A DNA stretch of 38,528 bases from Gammaproteobacteria bacterium (GTDB taxonomy: Bacteria > Pseudomonadota > Gammaproteobacteria > GCA-001735895). The notes under the pieces were generated by a model. The model worked only from the letters and a program-made list of their open reading frames with translations, had not been told where the DNA came from and made no database searches. Both the position numbers and the translations under genes were made by a program. This document shows, piece by piece, positions 1 to 8,160 of this stretch (positions within the stretch are counted from its first letter, which is position 1; every line of letters begins with the position of its first letter). The DNA lies in contig JARFPR010000142.1 in assembly GCA_029288195.1 (NCBI GenBank), positions 1 through 38,528 on the forward strand. Direction: 5' to 3'.

Positions 1-1
1 C

Positions 2-118
2 GCTTTGGACGACGATCCCCACGTCAAACCCGTCAGACATATCTACGTCGGCGACATGGCAAAGTGGTACGAAATTACCGACGACTTGCCGGTGTTCCGC
101 GAAGAGCCAACAAGCTGA
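2..118 (+). CDS. C-terminal fragment of a CDS running in from the left edge; possibly a GFA (glutathione-dependent formaldehyde-activating / CENP-V-like) family protein
   Basis: Frame 2 is open from the window edge to TGA at 116-118. It translates to ALDDDPHVKPVRHIYVGDMAKWYEITDDLPVFREEPTS. The pattern (LDD-P..VKP..HI....K..W..I.DDLP.F) resembles GFA-family C-termini from memory only. Confidence 0.4.
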   Translation, partial: ALDDDPHVKPVRHIYVGDMAKWYEITDDLPVFREEPTS

Positions 119-459
119 GTCGAATGCAATAAGTTAATTCACCTTACATGTCTATGATGGGCTGGATTTCGCCGCTGACTAATCGAGTTTTAGCTTCAGT
201 TTTCTCATAAGCAGACCTTCATGCAGCCATGCGGGAGGCAATCTTCGGCCAGGTGAATATTTCACAACTTTCCCGGTATTACTGCATAGCAATCAGGGTA
301 ATAGCCAACTGAACGATCTCTACCACTTTCCTAAAATTTCAATATCAAAAACAAACAGGGGATGCCCCTGCGGATACTCGCTCTGATGCGCATTGCAATA
401 GCAAGAAACCCGCAAGAGATATTAATCAATTTTGGAGGAGCTGACCCGGCGGTTAGATC

Positions 460-1203
460 ATGCACTTTGACATTTACGGGGCCTTAAGCTGGATAATCGG
501 GAAACAGATGGAAGTTAACTTGCAGGATTTTTCAGGGGAGTATCTCTATAGTGTTGCAGCAATTTTCAGTGCCGGGGCCTATCTCTTGCGCAGCACGCTC
601 TGGTTACGGATTCTTCTCGTATTGGCGGCGATTGTCTACATTATAACTGGCGTTAGTCTCGGGATTACCTCCATGATTGGCTGGAATTCGACTTATCTGC
701 TGATCAACCTTGCTCATATTGTGGTGTTGATGCTCTATCGCGTCACCATAAATTTGCCCCCGGAAACACGCGAGATTTACCGGCAATACTTTTCAACGAT
801 GTCGACGCGTGAATTCGAAAAACTGATAATGATGAATTATTTCAATGTATATAAGGAGCAGTATATTGCCACCGAACAGAGTGATACCGACCGGCTCTAC
901 ATCATCCTCAAAGGCGAGGTCAAGATGACTCGCAAGAAAAAAACTATAGCGGTGCTGCGCCGCGGCGACTTTATAGGTGAGATGAGTTTTCTAACCAACG
1001 AACAGGCGACGGCTGACGCCTATGCGGAGAATCTTGTGCAATGCGCTTTCTGGACACATAGCAACCTTGAAAAACTGAAACTCAGGAACAAGGATACCTA
1101 CAATAAATTCATCGCCATCATCGGTCGCGACCTGGTGAGAAAACTCAATTCGCAATATGATGTTCACATCGAACTGGTTACTAGGCTCGATTACGTCATA
1201 TAG
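460..1203 (+). CDS. Membrane protein with a C-terminal cyclic-nucleotide-binding (CAP-effector-like) domain and no recognisable output domain
   Basis: 247-aa ORF. The N-terminal ~95 aa is hydrophobic, with about 3 predicted TM segments (AAIFSAGAYLL, LRILLVLAAIVYIITGVSLGI, LLINLAHIVVLML). The C-terminal half has the cNMP-binding beta-roll signature LYIILKGEV...LRRGDFIGEMSFL. The start is uncertain: GGAGG lies about 20 nt upstream of ATG 460, and an alternative ATG is at 508. Confidence 0.7.
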   Translation: MHFDIYGALSWIIGKQMEVNLQDFSGEYLYSVAAIFSAGAYLLRSTLWLRILLVLAAIVYIITGVSLGITSMIGWNSTYLLINLAHIVVLMLYRVTINLPPETREIYRQYFSTMSTREFEKLIMMNYFNVYKEQYIATEQSDTDRLYIILKGEVKMTRKKKTIAVLRRGDFIGEMSFLTNEQATADAYAENLVQCAFWTHSNLEKLKLRNKDTYNKFIAIIGRDLVRKLNSQYDVHIELVTRLDYVI

Positions 1204-1430
1204 GCAACTATCACGATGATGATGCAGTATCACCAAGTATGGGAAAAATTAACACCCTATTTTCACTATTCCAGCAAGTAAAGAATAGAGATTAACGACG
1301 TCTACCAGCTCCGAAAACTGACTAACTTCTGCCGACATGCCCAATATGGTCTGCCCCCTAATACCACCCAACACTCCTGGGTCATAGACTCGGACGCTTC
1401 AAGGAATTGGCAAAGAGTGTTCCTTTTTTA

Positions 1431-2900
1431 TCATGGGCTAGAATGGTCGACAACGACAATAATGCTCTGTGCGACGAAGCAACCGCCTGTACCCTCGGCG
1501 CCAAAAACATCGATCTTTTGACCACTCTCCAGATCAGCGACATTGATCCTAGTGGCCAGGGTGCCGTCGTCAAGGAGAGTGACCATGAATACATCGGTAT
1601 CATCGTCGAACGTAACACAGCGGTCGCCGCCGTCTGTGAGCAACGTTAGCGTTGTCGCCTGCAGCGTTCCAATTTCACCGGTCAGCTGGGTGGTGGCGGA
1701 GACGTCGAGGATGACCAGCGCTGCATTTAATGTATCGGGCGTCATGTTAGAGAGCATCAAAACCCCGTCGACCGTTGCCTTTGTACCCACCCCAATGACG
1801 CTGAAGTCAAGTTCCTGGCCTTTACGTGAAAATATTCGCGTATCCGGAAGCAGTTGCACATCGATATGTTGACCTGTCACGAACCCCTGGCCCGGATCGA
1901 TTTCGTAATCAAACGCAGCCATCGCGTCGGCGGGAGCCGAGTGTGCGCTGCCGTTCAGGCTAATAAAACTGCCTGGGGCACCCACTTCGATGACCACGGC
2001 CTCCATCAACAAATTGTGATGTTCGTAATCGTCGTCATGCTCGTGGTAACCATCATCGTCGTCGTCATCGCCATGGCGTTCGTTGTGCAATGATCCGGCT
2101 GCCGCCGGGCGCAGAAAGCCGATCACGGTCAGCTCGTCACCCTTGACGATTTTATCTAGCGTCAGCGCGCCGTCGGTGTCAAATATCGAACTTTGTGCTG
2201 CATCGACGTCGATGCAACCGTCCCAGTCCTGATTTACGCGCGTTCCACATAACTCCAGTGTATCCGTTGCGGGATCGACTTCAGCCGCCTCGCCACTGAG
2301 ACGCACCAGGCGGTTGTCCTGCCGATGGCCGATTATGTCGACGAAAATGACTGGGCGAAAATGCCACTTGCCATTACCTGATTCGTGGAGTTTAAGCGAC
2401 TTTTCCGCGTCGATATCGATCTGTATCAACAGCGTCTCGCCCGCTGTGACGTAAAAAGGGCCGCGCGGATTCAGGTCGATCTTGCCGTGTCCCGACAGTT
2501 TTACGTCGTGCGACTCGGCGACATTGCCGTCAGGTTCCAGCTTGATCAACTCGATTTTATCGACCAGCAGGCGAATTTTCTCGAACTCTCCACTAGCCAC
2601 GTCTGTCGTCAGCGCGAACAGTTCGGAATGACTGCGCATCTTCAGCAGGTCGATTGTTTTGGAGCCGCTGAATATAGTTACCGGTCCGTTATCTGACAGT
2701 AGCCGGATTTCACGCAGGGTGATATTGATAACATCGAATTCGGCTGTAGGTCCGTCGGTGAGCAGAATGCCGACTGACCCAGTACTACCTGTGGATGATG
2801 TCTCGACACCGCCGCCACCGCCGCCACCGCAGGAAACCAAAACTGCTGCCAGCGCAATAACAGAAAAAGCGGCTGCTAATCTTTGTATGAATGAGTGCAT
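1431..2900 (-). CDS. DUF4382-family lipoprotein with an internal Asp/His-rich insert
   Basis: 489-aa ORF. It has a signal peptide with a lipobox (AAVLVSC followed by a Gly run). A DUF4382-like N-terminus follows (GILLTDGPTAEFDVINITLREIRLL). The acidic/His tract is HNERHGDDDDDDGYHEHDDDYEHHN. Confidence 0.75.
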   Translation of the reverse strand: MHSFIQRLAAAFSVIALAAVLVSCGGGGGGGVETSSTGSTGSVGILLTDGPTAEFDVINITLREIRLLSDNGPVTIFSGSKTIDLLKMRSHSELFALTTDVASGEFEKIRLLVDKIELIKLEPDGNVAESHDVKLSGHGKIDLNPRGPFYVTAGETLLIQIDIDAEKSLKLHESGNGKWHFRPVIFVDIIGHRQDNRLVRLSGEAAEVDPATDTLELCGTRVNQDWDGCIDVDAAQSSIFDTDGALTLDKIVKGDELTVIGFLRPAAAGSLHNERHGDDDDDDGYHEHDDDYEHHNLLMEAVVIEVGAPGSFISLNGSAHSAPADAMAAFDYEIDPGQGFVTGQHIDVQLLPDTRIFSRKGQELDFSVIGVGTKATVDGVLMLSNMTPDTLNAALVILDVSATTQLTGEIGTLQATTLTLLTDGGDRCVTFDDDTDVFMVTLLDDGTLATRINVADLESGQKIDVFGAEGTGGCFVAQSIIVVVDHSSP

Positions 2901-3279
2901 TACGAATGTCCTTTTTATATTTGGAATAATCGTAACAGGGTAAAATTGGGATTAATATCCCTTAATTGAGTGAATTCTCCTCATTTATGCTAACCGGTTA
3001 TCACGAACTAGCTTTTTTTTGTGGATATCGAAGGTTCTTGTCAATCCGAGTTGCGTGCAAACAAAAGGTAATTGCACAGATATAGACATCAGTACCTGCA
3101 GTCGAACCTAGCAATGCTGCAACGCCGAACGTCCATTGTGGGTCGTCGTTAGCAGACTCTTGGAAATATACTGTCAGTGTCTGCTATTGGCTGAATTTCG
3201 CCGAATTTCAGTCAAGACTGACTGTTGAAATAAGCCTATTTAAAGCTTCAGTGATTGATTCGCTGGAATGAACGTCGGC

Positions 3280-5958
3280 TTAAATTGCTACTATCACCCG
3301 GACCGCGTCGAGACGCACACGCGCATGCTCAAGCGCAGTTTCGAAACGGTCGAGCTGGTCCCGGAAAAATTCGATCTCGTCGTTGCGCACCCCGGGATTG
3401 ATCTTTTGCAATGTCCTGAGGCGTTCGACCTCGTGCCCGAGCAGGTCACGTCCGTTGGTGCGGGCGTTGTTAATCAACTCGGGTACCCGGGTATCGGCAA
3501 CCAGATCCGCCATTTCCAGCATACGCGTTAACTCGCTTTGCCGGGCTTTGACAATCTTGATCGCGGTATCCTGATCGACGCGTTGTGACTGTTGCAGACT
3601 CGCTTCGAGTTCGAGCCTTTCGGCATGATCCTGCCCGGACTCGTCGATCACTACCCTGATGCTCGAATTCGGAAAATAACGCTCGTTATGGCTATGCGAA
3701 TCATCACTGAATTCCATCAGGAAATGACATTCCGCAAGCAATGTCCCCGCTTTAACGCCGTTGTAATTCAGAGCGACTAGCGCGGTATTTCCGAATTCAC
3801 TGCTCAGGATCATATCCATAGAATTGCGCACGAAAGGATGCTCCCAGGTCAGGTAATGCAAGTCTTCATTGGCAAGTGCAGCGCTGCGGTCGTAGGTAAC
3901 GGTCATACCATCCTCAGGTAAGCCCGGCATCTGCGTGAGCATGTTATCACCCGGAGTTACGACCCATCGATCCTGACCGCGAATCTCGCTGTTGACGCCG
4001 TAGCAATCGTAAATGCGCTCCATGAATTTGAACAAATCGAAATCAAGCTCGCGCTGCATCGCTTCAGCGATGAGTGATTCCGCGACCTGGGGCCTGCAGG
4101 AATTTATCTCGAGCAGGCGGTCACGTCCCTGCTGTAATGCCTGGTCGAGCGACTGGTGCAGTTCATGCGTTTGTTCGATAAACCCGTCAACTGGCAGCTG
4201 CGGATCATCCAGGTGGCGTTGTAACTGGTCGCGGGTTCTAAGGTAAACCTGGTGTCCGGCCGGGCAGGTATGCGAAAACGCACCCAGGCCTTCATGGTAC
4301 CAGCGAAACAGGATCTGCTGCGCACTCCCTTTCACATAGGGCACGTGGATGTTGATGACTGCGTTCTGTCCGATGCGATCGAGACGGCCGATGCGTTGCT
4401 CCAGTAAATCAGGATTGCCCGGTAGATCGAACAGCACCAGGTGATGGGCAAATTGAAAGTTGCGCCCTTCGCTGCCAATCTCCGAGCATATCAATACCTG
4501 GGCCCCATCTTCCTGCTCTGCAAACCAGGCTGCCGAGCGGTCACGTTCGATCAGGCTCATGCCCTCGTGAAACAACGCCGCGCGTACTCCGAAGTTCTGT
4601 TTCAAATCGGCAACCAGCTGTTGCGCGGTGCTTGCGGTGGCAGTAATAACCAACACCTTTTTACTTCGATACTCGCGCAAAAACTCACCTAACCAGTGGC
4701 GGTAGGGATCACCGTCATCGTTCGCGGATAACGCCACCGGGTGTACCTCGCGCGCGGGAAACCCCTTGACCACGTGCCGCGTATTGCGAAATAAAACCCG
4801 GCCGGTGCCGTGCTGGTCAAGCAAATCGTCTAACGCCGCCGTCTGTTCCGGATCATCGAGCAGAGCCTGCGCCTGCTCGGCGAGCTCCCGGTAACCCTGC
4901 TCTTCCTGCAGAAAGCGACCGAGATCGCTGAATCGATCCGGATCCAGCAGGCGCAATCGCGCGAAATGACTTTCCTTACCCAGCTGTTCCGGGGTTGCTG
5001 TGAGTAGCAACAGTCCAGCGGTGTTTTCAGCGAGATTTTCGACCAGTTGGTACTCGGGACTCGGCGCTTCGGGTGACCATAAAAGATGGTGCGCTTCATC
5101 CACCACCAGCAAGTCCCATTCTCCATCGCCTGCGTGCGCAGCCTGCCGTGGATGCTCAACCAGGTACTCGAGGCTGCAAAGCACCAGCTGCTCGCCATGA
5201 AAAGGATTTTCGCTATCGTCAAACTCGATTTCTTCGTGCTCGGGATCGGCCAGCCGTGCCTCATCGAAAATGCTGAACATCAGGTTGAAGCGGCGCAACA
5301 TTTCAACCAGCCACTGGTGTACCAGGGACTCCGGCACGACGATCAATACCCGTTGTGCGCGCTCGAGTAACAGCAGCTGGTGCAGAATTAACCCGGCTTC
5401 GATGGTTTTGCCAAGGCCAACTTCGTCGGCGAGCAGGACTCGTGGTGAGTATCGGCGAGATACCTCGTGCGCGATGTAAAGTTGGTGTGCAATCAGGCTG
5501 GTGCGACTGCCGGCCAGGCCATACACCGAGGACTGCTGCAGCCGGTTGGCAATTTCGCGGGTCTTGCTGCGCAGGCTAAACCACTTGTTACGGTCGATCT
5601 GGGCGTTCAGGAGTCTTTCACCCGGCTGATTCAACTGCAGGAAATTACTCAATCGACCTTCCGGAAGCTCAACTCGGTCGCCATGCTCATCTTCGCAGTT
5701 ATAGACGATCAGGCCGTTGGCCTCGGTCAGCTCGAGTACTCTCAGGATCAGCCCGTCCTGTTTTTCAACCCAGTCACCCTCGCGGAAACGCACCCGGGTC
5801 AGTGGCGCATCGGCGCGCGCATAGATGCGGGTTTCACCCGTTGCCGGGAACACGATGCTGACGGTACGGTGCTCAATTTCAATCACCATACCCAGGCCCA
5901 GCTGGAGTTCGGCGGCGCTGATCCAGCGCTGACCTACGACAAATTCGTGCATGCTCAT
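3280..5958 (-). CDS. rapA: RNA polymerase-associated SWI2/SNF2 ATPase RapA (HepA)
   Basis: The N-terminus MSMHEFVVGQRWISAAELQLGLG matches the conserved RapA start. SNF2 helicase motifs are present: LADEVGLGKTIEAG (motif I), DLLVVDEAHH (DEAH box) and the C-terminal helicase block LICSEIGSEGRNFQFAHHLVLFDLPGNPDLLEQRIGRLDRIGQ. The tracked ORF extends to 6003, but homology begins at ATG 5958 (or 5952). Confidence 0.9.
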   Translation of the reverse strand: MSMHEFVVGQRWISAAELQLGLGMVIEIEHRTVSIVFPATGETRIYARADAPLTRVRFREGDWVEKQDGLILRVLELTEANGLIVYNCEDEHGDRVELPEGRLSNFLQLNQPGERLLNAQIDRNKWFSLRSKTREIANRLQQSSVYGLAGSRTSLIAHQLYIAHEVSRRYSPRVLLADEVGLGKTIEAGLILHQLLLLERAQRVLIVVPESLVHQWLVEMLRRFNLMFSIFDEARLADPEHEEIEFDDSENPFHGEQLVLCSLEYLVEHPRQAAHAGDGEWDLLVVDEAHHLLWSPEAPSPEYQLVENLAENTAGLLLLTATPEQLGKESHFARLRLLDPDRFSDLGRFLQEEQGYRELAEQAQALLDDPEQTAALDDLLDQHGTGRVLFRNTRHVVKGFPAREVHPVALSANDDGDPYRHWLGEFLREYRSKKVLVITATASTAQQLVADLKQNFGVRAALFHEGMSLIERDRSAAWFAEQEDGAQVLICSEIGSEGRNFQFAHHLVLFDLPGNPDLLEQRIGRLDRIGQNAVINIHVPYVKGSAQQILFRWYHEGLGAFSHTCPAGHQVYLRTRDQLQRHLDDPQLPVDGFIEQTHELHQSLDQALQQGRDRLLEINSCRPQVAESLIAEAMQRELDFDLFKFMERIYDCYGVNSEIRGQDRWVVTPGDNMLTQMPGLPEDGMTVTYDRSAALANEDLHYLTWEHPFVRNSMDMILSSEFGNTALVALNYNGVKAGTLLAECHFLMEFSDDSHSHNERYFPNSSIRVVIDESGQDHAERLELEASLQQSQRVDQDTAIKIVKARQSELTRMLEMADLVADTRVPELINNARTNGRDLLGHEVERLRTLQKINPGVRNDEIEFFRDQLDRFETALEHARVRLDAVRVIVAI

Positions 5959-6054
5959 AACGATCAAAGTAAAACGCGCGCGATTATAACAGCTGGCCCG
6001 CATTTACCACCATCATTGCTTGCAGTTGCAAGTTAAGTTGCACAAAATGAAGCC

Positions 6055-6711
6055 ATGATTGCGCTCGACGATAACGGCTATTTCGTCACCGGTTCCGATA
6101 CCGATGTCGGCAAAACCTACGTGACCTGCGAAATCGTAAGACAATTGTGTCAGCACGGAGTCGGCATTGAAACGCGCAAACCCGTGGAATCGGGGTGCGA
6201 ATTATCTGCCACCGGAGACCTGGTCACGCACGACGCAGCGGCATTGCAGGCCGCCAATGGTAATCGTGAAGAAATCGAGCGGATTACCCCCTATCGCTAC
6301 CGCGCCGCGCTGGCTCCACATCGGGCGGCCCGCCTCGAGCAGCAGGAAATTTACCTGGAGTCGCTGGTTGACGCCTGCAGTCGCGACGACATGGAACATC
6401 GACTGATCGTCGAAGGTGCGGGAGGATTTTATTCTCCACTCGCCGAAAATGGTTTAAACGCAGACCTGGCGAGCGCTCTACAGTTGCCGGTCATTGTCGT
6501 GGTTAATAATCGTATCGGCGCGGTCAACCAGAGCCTGATGACACTGCAGGCGGTGGAAAGCAGGCAGCTGCGGGTTGCGGCAATCGTATTAAACCAGGTT
6601 ACAGGCACAATCGATGATGCCATGGACAATGCTTCCGACGTGAAGTCATACTGCGATGTCCCCCTGTTTTGCTGCGGGCACGATGCCCCGCTGCCGGCCC
6701 TGTTCGGATAA
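6055..6711 (+). CDS. bioD: ATP-dependent dethiobiotin synthetase BioD
   Basis: 218 aa with the P-loop FVTGSDTDVGKTYV and the EGAGG motif (LIVEGAGGFYSPL) typical of BioD. It stands alone here, with no other bio genes in the window. Confidence 0.85.
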   Translation: MIALDDNGYFVTGSDTDVGKTYVTCEIVRQLCQHGVGIETRKPVESGCELSATGDLVTHDAAALQAANGNREEIERITPYRYRAALAPHRAARLEQQEIYLESLVDACSRDDMEHRLIVEGAGGFYSPLAENGLNADLASALQLPVIVVVNNRIGAVNQSLMTLQAVESRQLRVAAIVLNQVTGTIDDAMDNASDVKSYCDVPLFCCGHDAPLPALFG

Positions 6712-6715
6712 CTCC

Positions 6716-7267
6716 ATGGCCCGCTCTCGTCTAGATCGGTTTCTCGCGCCCTGGGTTTTTGTTTTGACGGGAATTATTTTCAATATTCTCGCAGCGGTAA
6801 TTACGCATTATTTTATCGGTCTCAACAATGACGAGATCAATATCATCGATCGTGAAATCCAGCGCAAAGAGGTACTGATCGACAGCTTGTGGCAGTCGAA
6901 AAACGAGATTGAACGCAAAAAAGAGTTCTTCATCCTGCTGCTTTCGAGTGAGCCCGCTAAGCCCAACGTGGTCGAAACCATTTATCGCGATTACCTGAAA
7001 GAAGTCATAGGTAGCCATGGGCTCAAGGAGTATTCGCCCCGTATGGATCGAGACACCGGCAGCGATCTCGACTTGCTGCTCGACACTAGCGGTGCGGCAC
7101 AAAAATCGATCATTGAATCGATCAACAATACTTACTTTGAAACCCTCGAATTGCAGGAAACCAAAATGCCGCTGGTACGCGATAACTCGCGCCTGTTTAG
7201 TATCGCCATCTTCTTGCAAGTCATCGGCCTGATCCTGGTACTGGCGCGCGATTTACGGCGACAGTAA
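6716..7267 (+). CDS. Hypothetical two-TM membrane protein with a charged, coiled-coil-like central region
   Basis: ATG 6716 lies 4 nt after the bioD stop. The tracked ORF start at 6656 overlaps bioD and is unlikely. Hydrophobic segments occur at both ends (WVFVLTGIIFNILAAVITHYFIG and LFSIAIFLQVIGLILVLA). I recognise no family. Confidence 0.55.
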   Translation: MARSRLDRFLAPWVFVLTGIIFNILAAVITHYFIGLNNDEINIIDREIQRKEVLIDSLWQSKNEIERKKEFFILLLSSEPAKPNVVETIYRDYLKEVIGSHGLKEYSPRMDRDTGSDLDLLLDTSGAAQKSIIESINNTYFETLELQETKMPLVRDNSRLFSIAIFLQVIGLILVLARDLRRQ

Positions 7268-7272
7268 ACCAC

Positions 7273-8160
7273 ATGAACAAGGGCTACGCGGTAATTCTTA
7301 CCGGTTATATCGGCTGGGGATTGTTCCCGCTTTACTGGGCCTTGCTGGCGCATGTTCCCGCGATCGAGGTCTTGTTGCACCGCATGCTATGGTCGCTCCC
7401 GGTCCTGTTGCTACTGGTTATCCTGAGCCAGCGACGTCGGTCACAGGTTAAAAATGCACTCCTATCCTGGCAGGAACTCAAGTGGCTGGCTTTTTCCAGC
7501 CTGGTGATTTGCCTCAACTGGGGGATTTATATCTGGGCTGTTGCCAACCAGCGCGTGGTTGAAGCCAGCATGGGCTATTTCCTGACCCCGCTACTGAATG
7601 TGCTTGCCGGCGTTATCGTGTTTAACGAAAAACTGACTCGGCTGAACATTGTCGCCGTCCTGTTTGCCGCGGCTGGCGTCGCCTACTATGTTTTCGCAAC
7701 CGCAACAATCCCCTGGATAGGCCTGGCGGTGGGTCTGAGCTTTGCCAGCTATGGGTTGATGCGCAAACAAATGAAGACCAATGCCGTGCCCGGGCTATTG
7801 GTCGAGATTCTGCTATTACTGCCATTTACGTTGGCGCTGATTGCCTGGTTGCATTTCCGCGGAGAAGCGATGTTCCTGAATCACGACCTGGATACCGATT
7901 TGCTGCTGATTCTCGGTGGACCGATTACGGTGATACCACTTGCTTTTTTCACTGCCGGAACGCGCATGTTGCCGATGACCACGGTGGGCATATTATTTTA
8001 TGTTACGCCTTCACTGCAGTTTTTATCTGGCGTACTGCTGCTTGGAGAAGCTTTCGATTTGAACAAGCTGGTGGGATTTATCGGAATCTGGATCGGGCTC
8101 GCCGTTTTCAGTTACAGCCTGCTGGCGCGCAGGGATGCGCCCGACACCGCGGCAGTCTAG
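7273..8160 (+). CDS. rarD: EamA/DMT-family transporter RarD
   Basis: 295 aa with about 10 hydrophobic segments. The N-terminal signature GYIGWGLFPLYWALL...AIEVLLHRMLWS is typical of RarD. It starts 5 nt after the preceding CDS. Confidence 0.8.
   Translation: MNKGYAVILTGYIGWGLFPLYWALLAHVPAIEVLLHRMLWSLPVLLLLVILSQRRRSQVKNALLSWQELKWLAFSSLVICLNWGIYIWAVANQRVVEASMGYFLTPLLNVLAGVIVFNEKLTRLNIVAVLFAAAGVAYYVFATATIPWIGLAVGLSFASYGLMRKQMKTNAVPGLLVEILLLLPFTLALIAWLHFRGEAMFLNHDLDTDLLLILGGPITVIPLAFFTAGTRMLPMTTVGILFYVTPSLQFLSGVLLLGEAFDLNKLVGFIGIWIGLAVFSYSLLARRDAPDTAAV

Noticed and set aside
130-459. 342-bp non-coding stretch upstream of the cNMP-domain gene, containing a 15-codon mini-ORF (MSMMGWISPLTNRVL)
   Set aside because: It has no RBS, no structure and no recognisable RNA motif. 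I treat it as ordinary promoter and leader sequence.
1388-1430. Stem AAGGAA...TTCCTT followed by TTTTTA, a possible intrinsic terminator between the convergent cNMP-domain gene and the lipoprotein gene
   Set aside because: The stem is only 6 bp and AT-rich, with a 13-nt loop, and it lies about 190 nt beyond the plus-strand stop. That is too weak to call a terminator.
2948-2961. Small hairpin GGGAT-TAAT-ATCCC upstream of the DUF4382 gene, and GTGCAA-N11-TTGCAC at 3055-3077 (T-N11-A-like)
   Set aside because: These are short stems of 5-6 bp of the kind expected by chance in a 380-bp AT-rich spacer. There is no adjacent regulator gene. They are noted only as possible operators.
5467-6036. 189-aa plus-strand ORF; similarly 14659-15270 (minus, 203 aa), 34100-34699 (minus, 199 aa), 24751-25341 (plus, 196 aa), 18989-19711 (plus, 240 aa) and 16258-16755 (minus)
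   Set aside because: Each lies entirely antisense to a strongly supported conserved gene (rapA, metK, pyrC', pilJ, chpA, ahcY). None has recognisable motifs. These are typical shadow ORFs in moderately GC-rich DNA.
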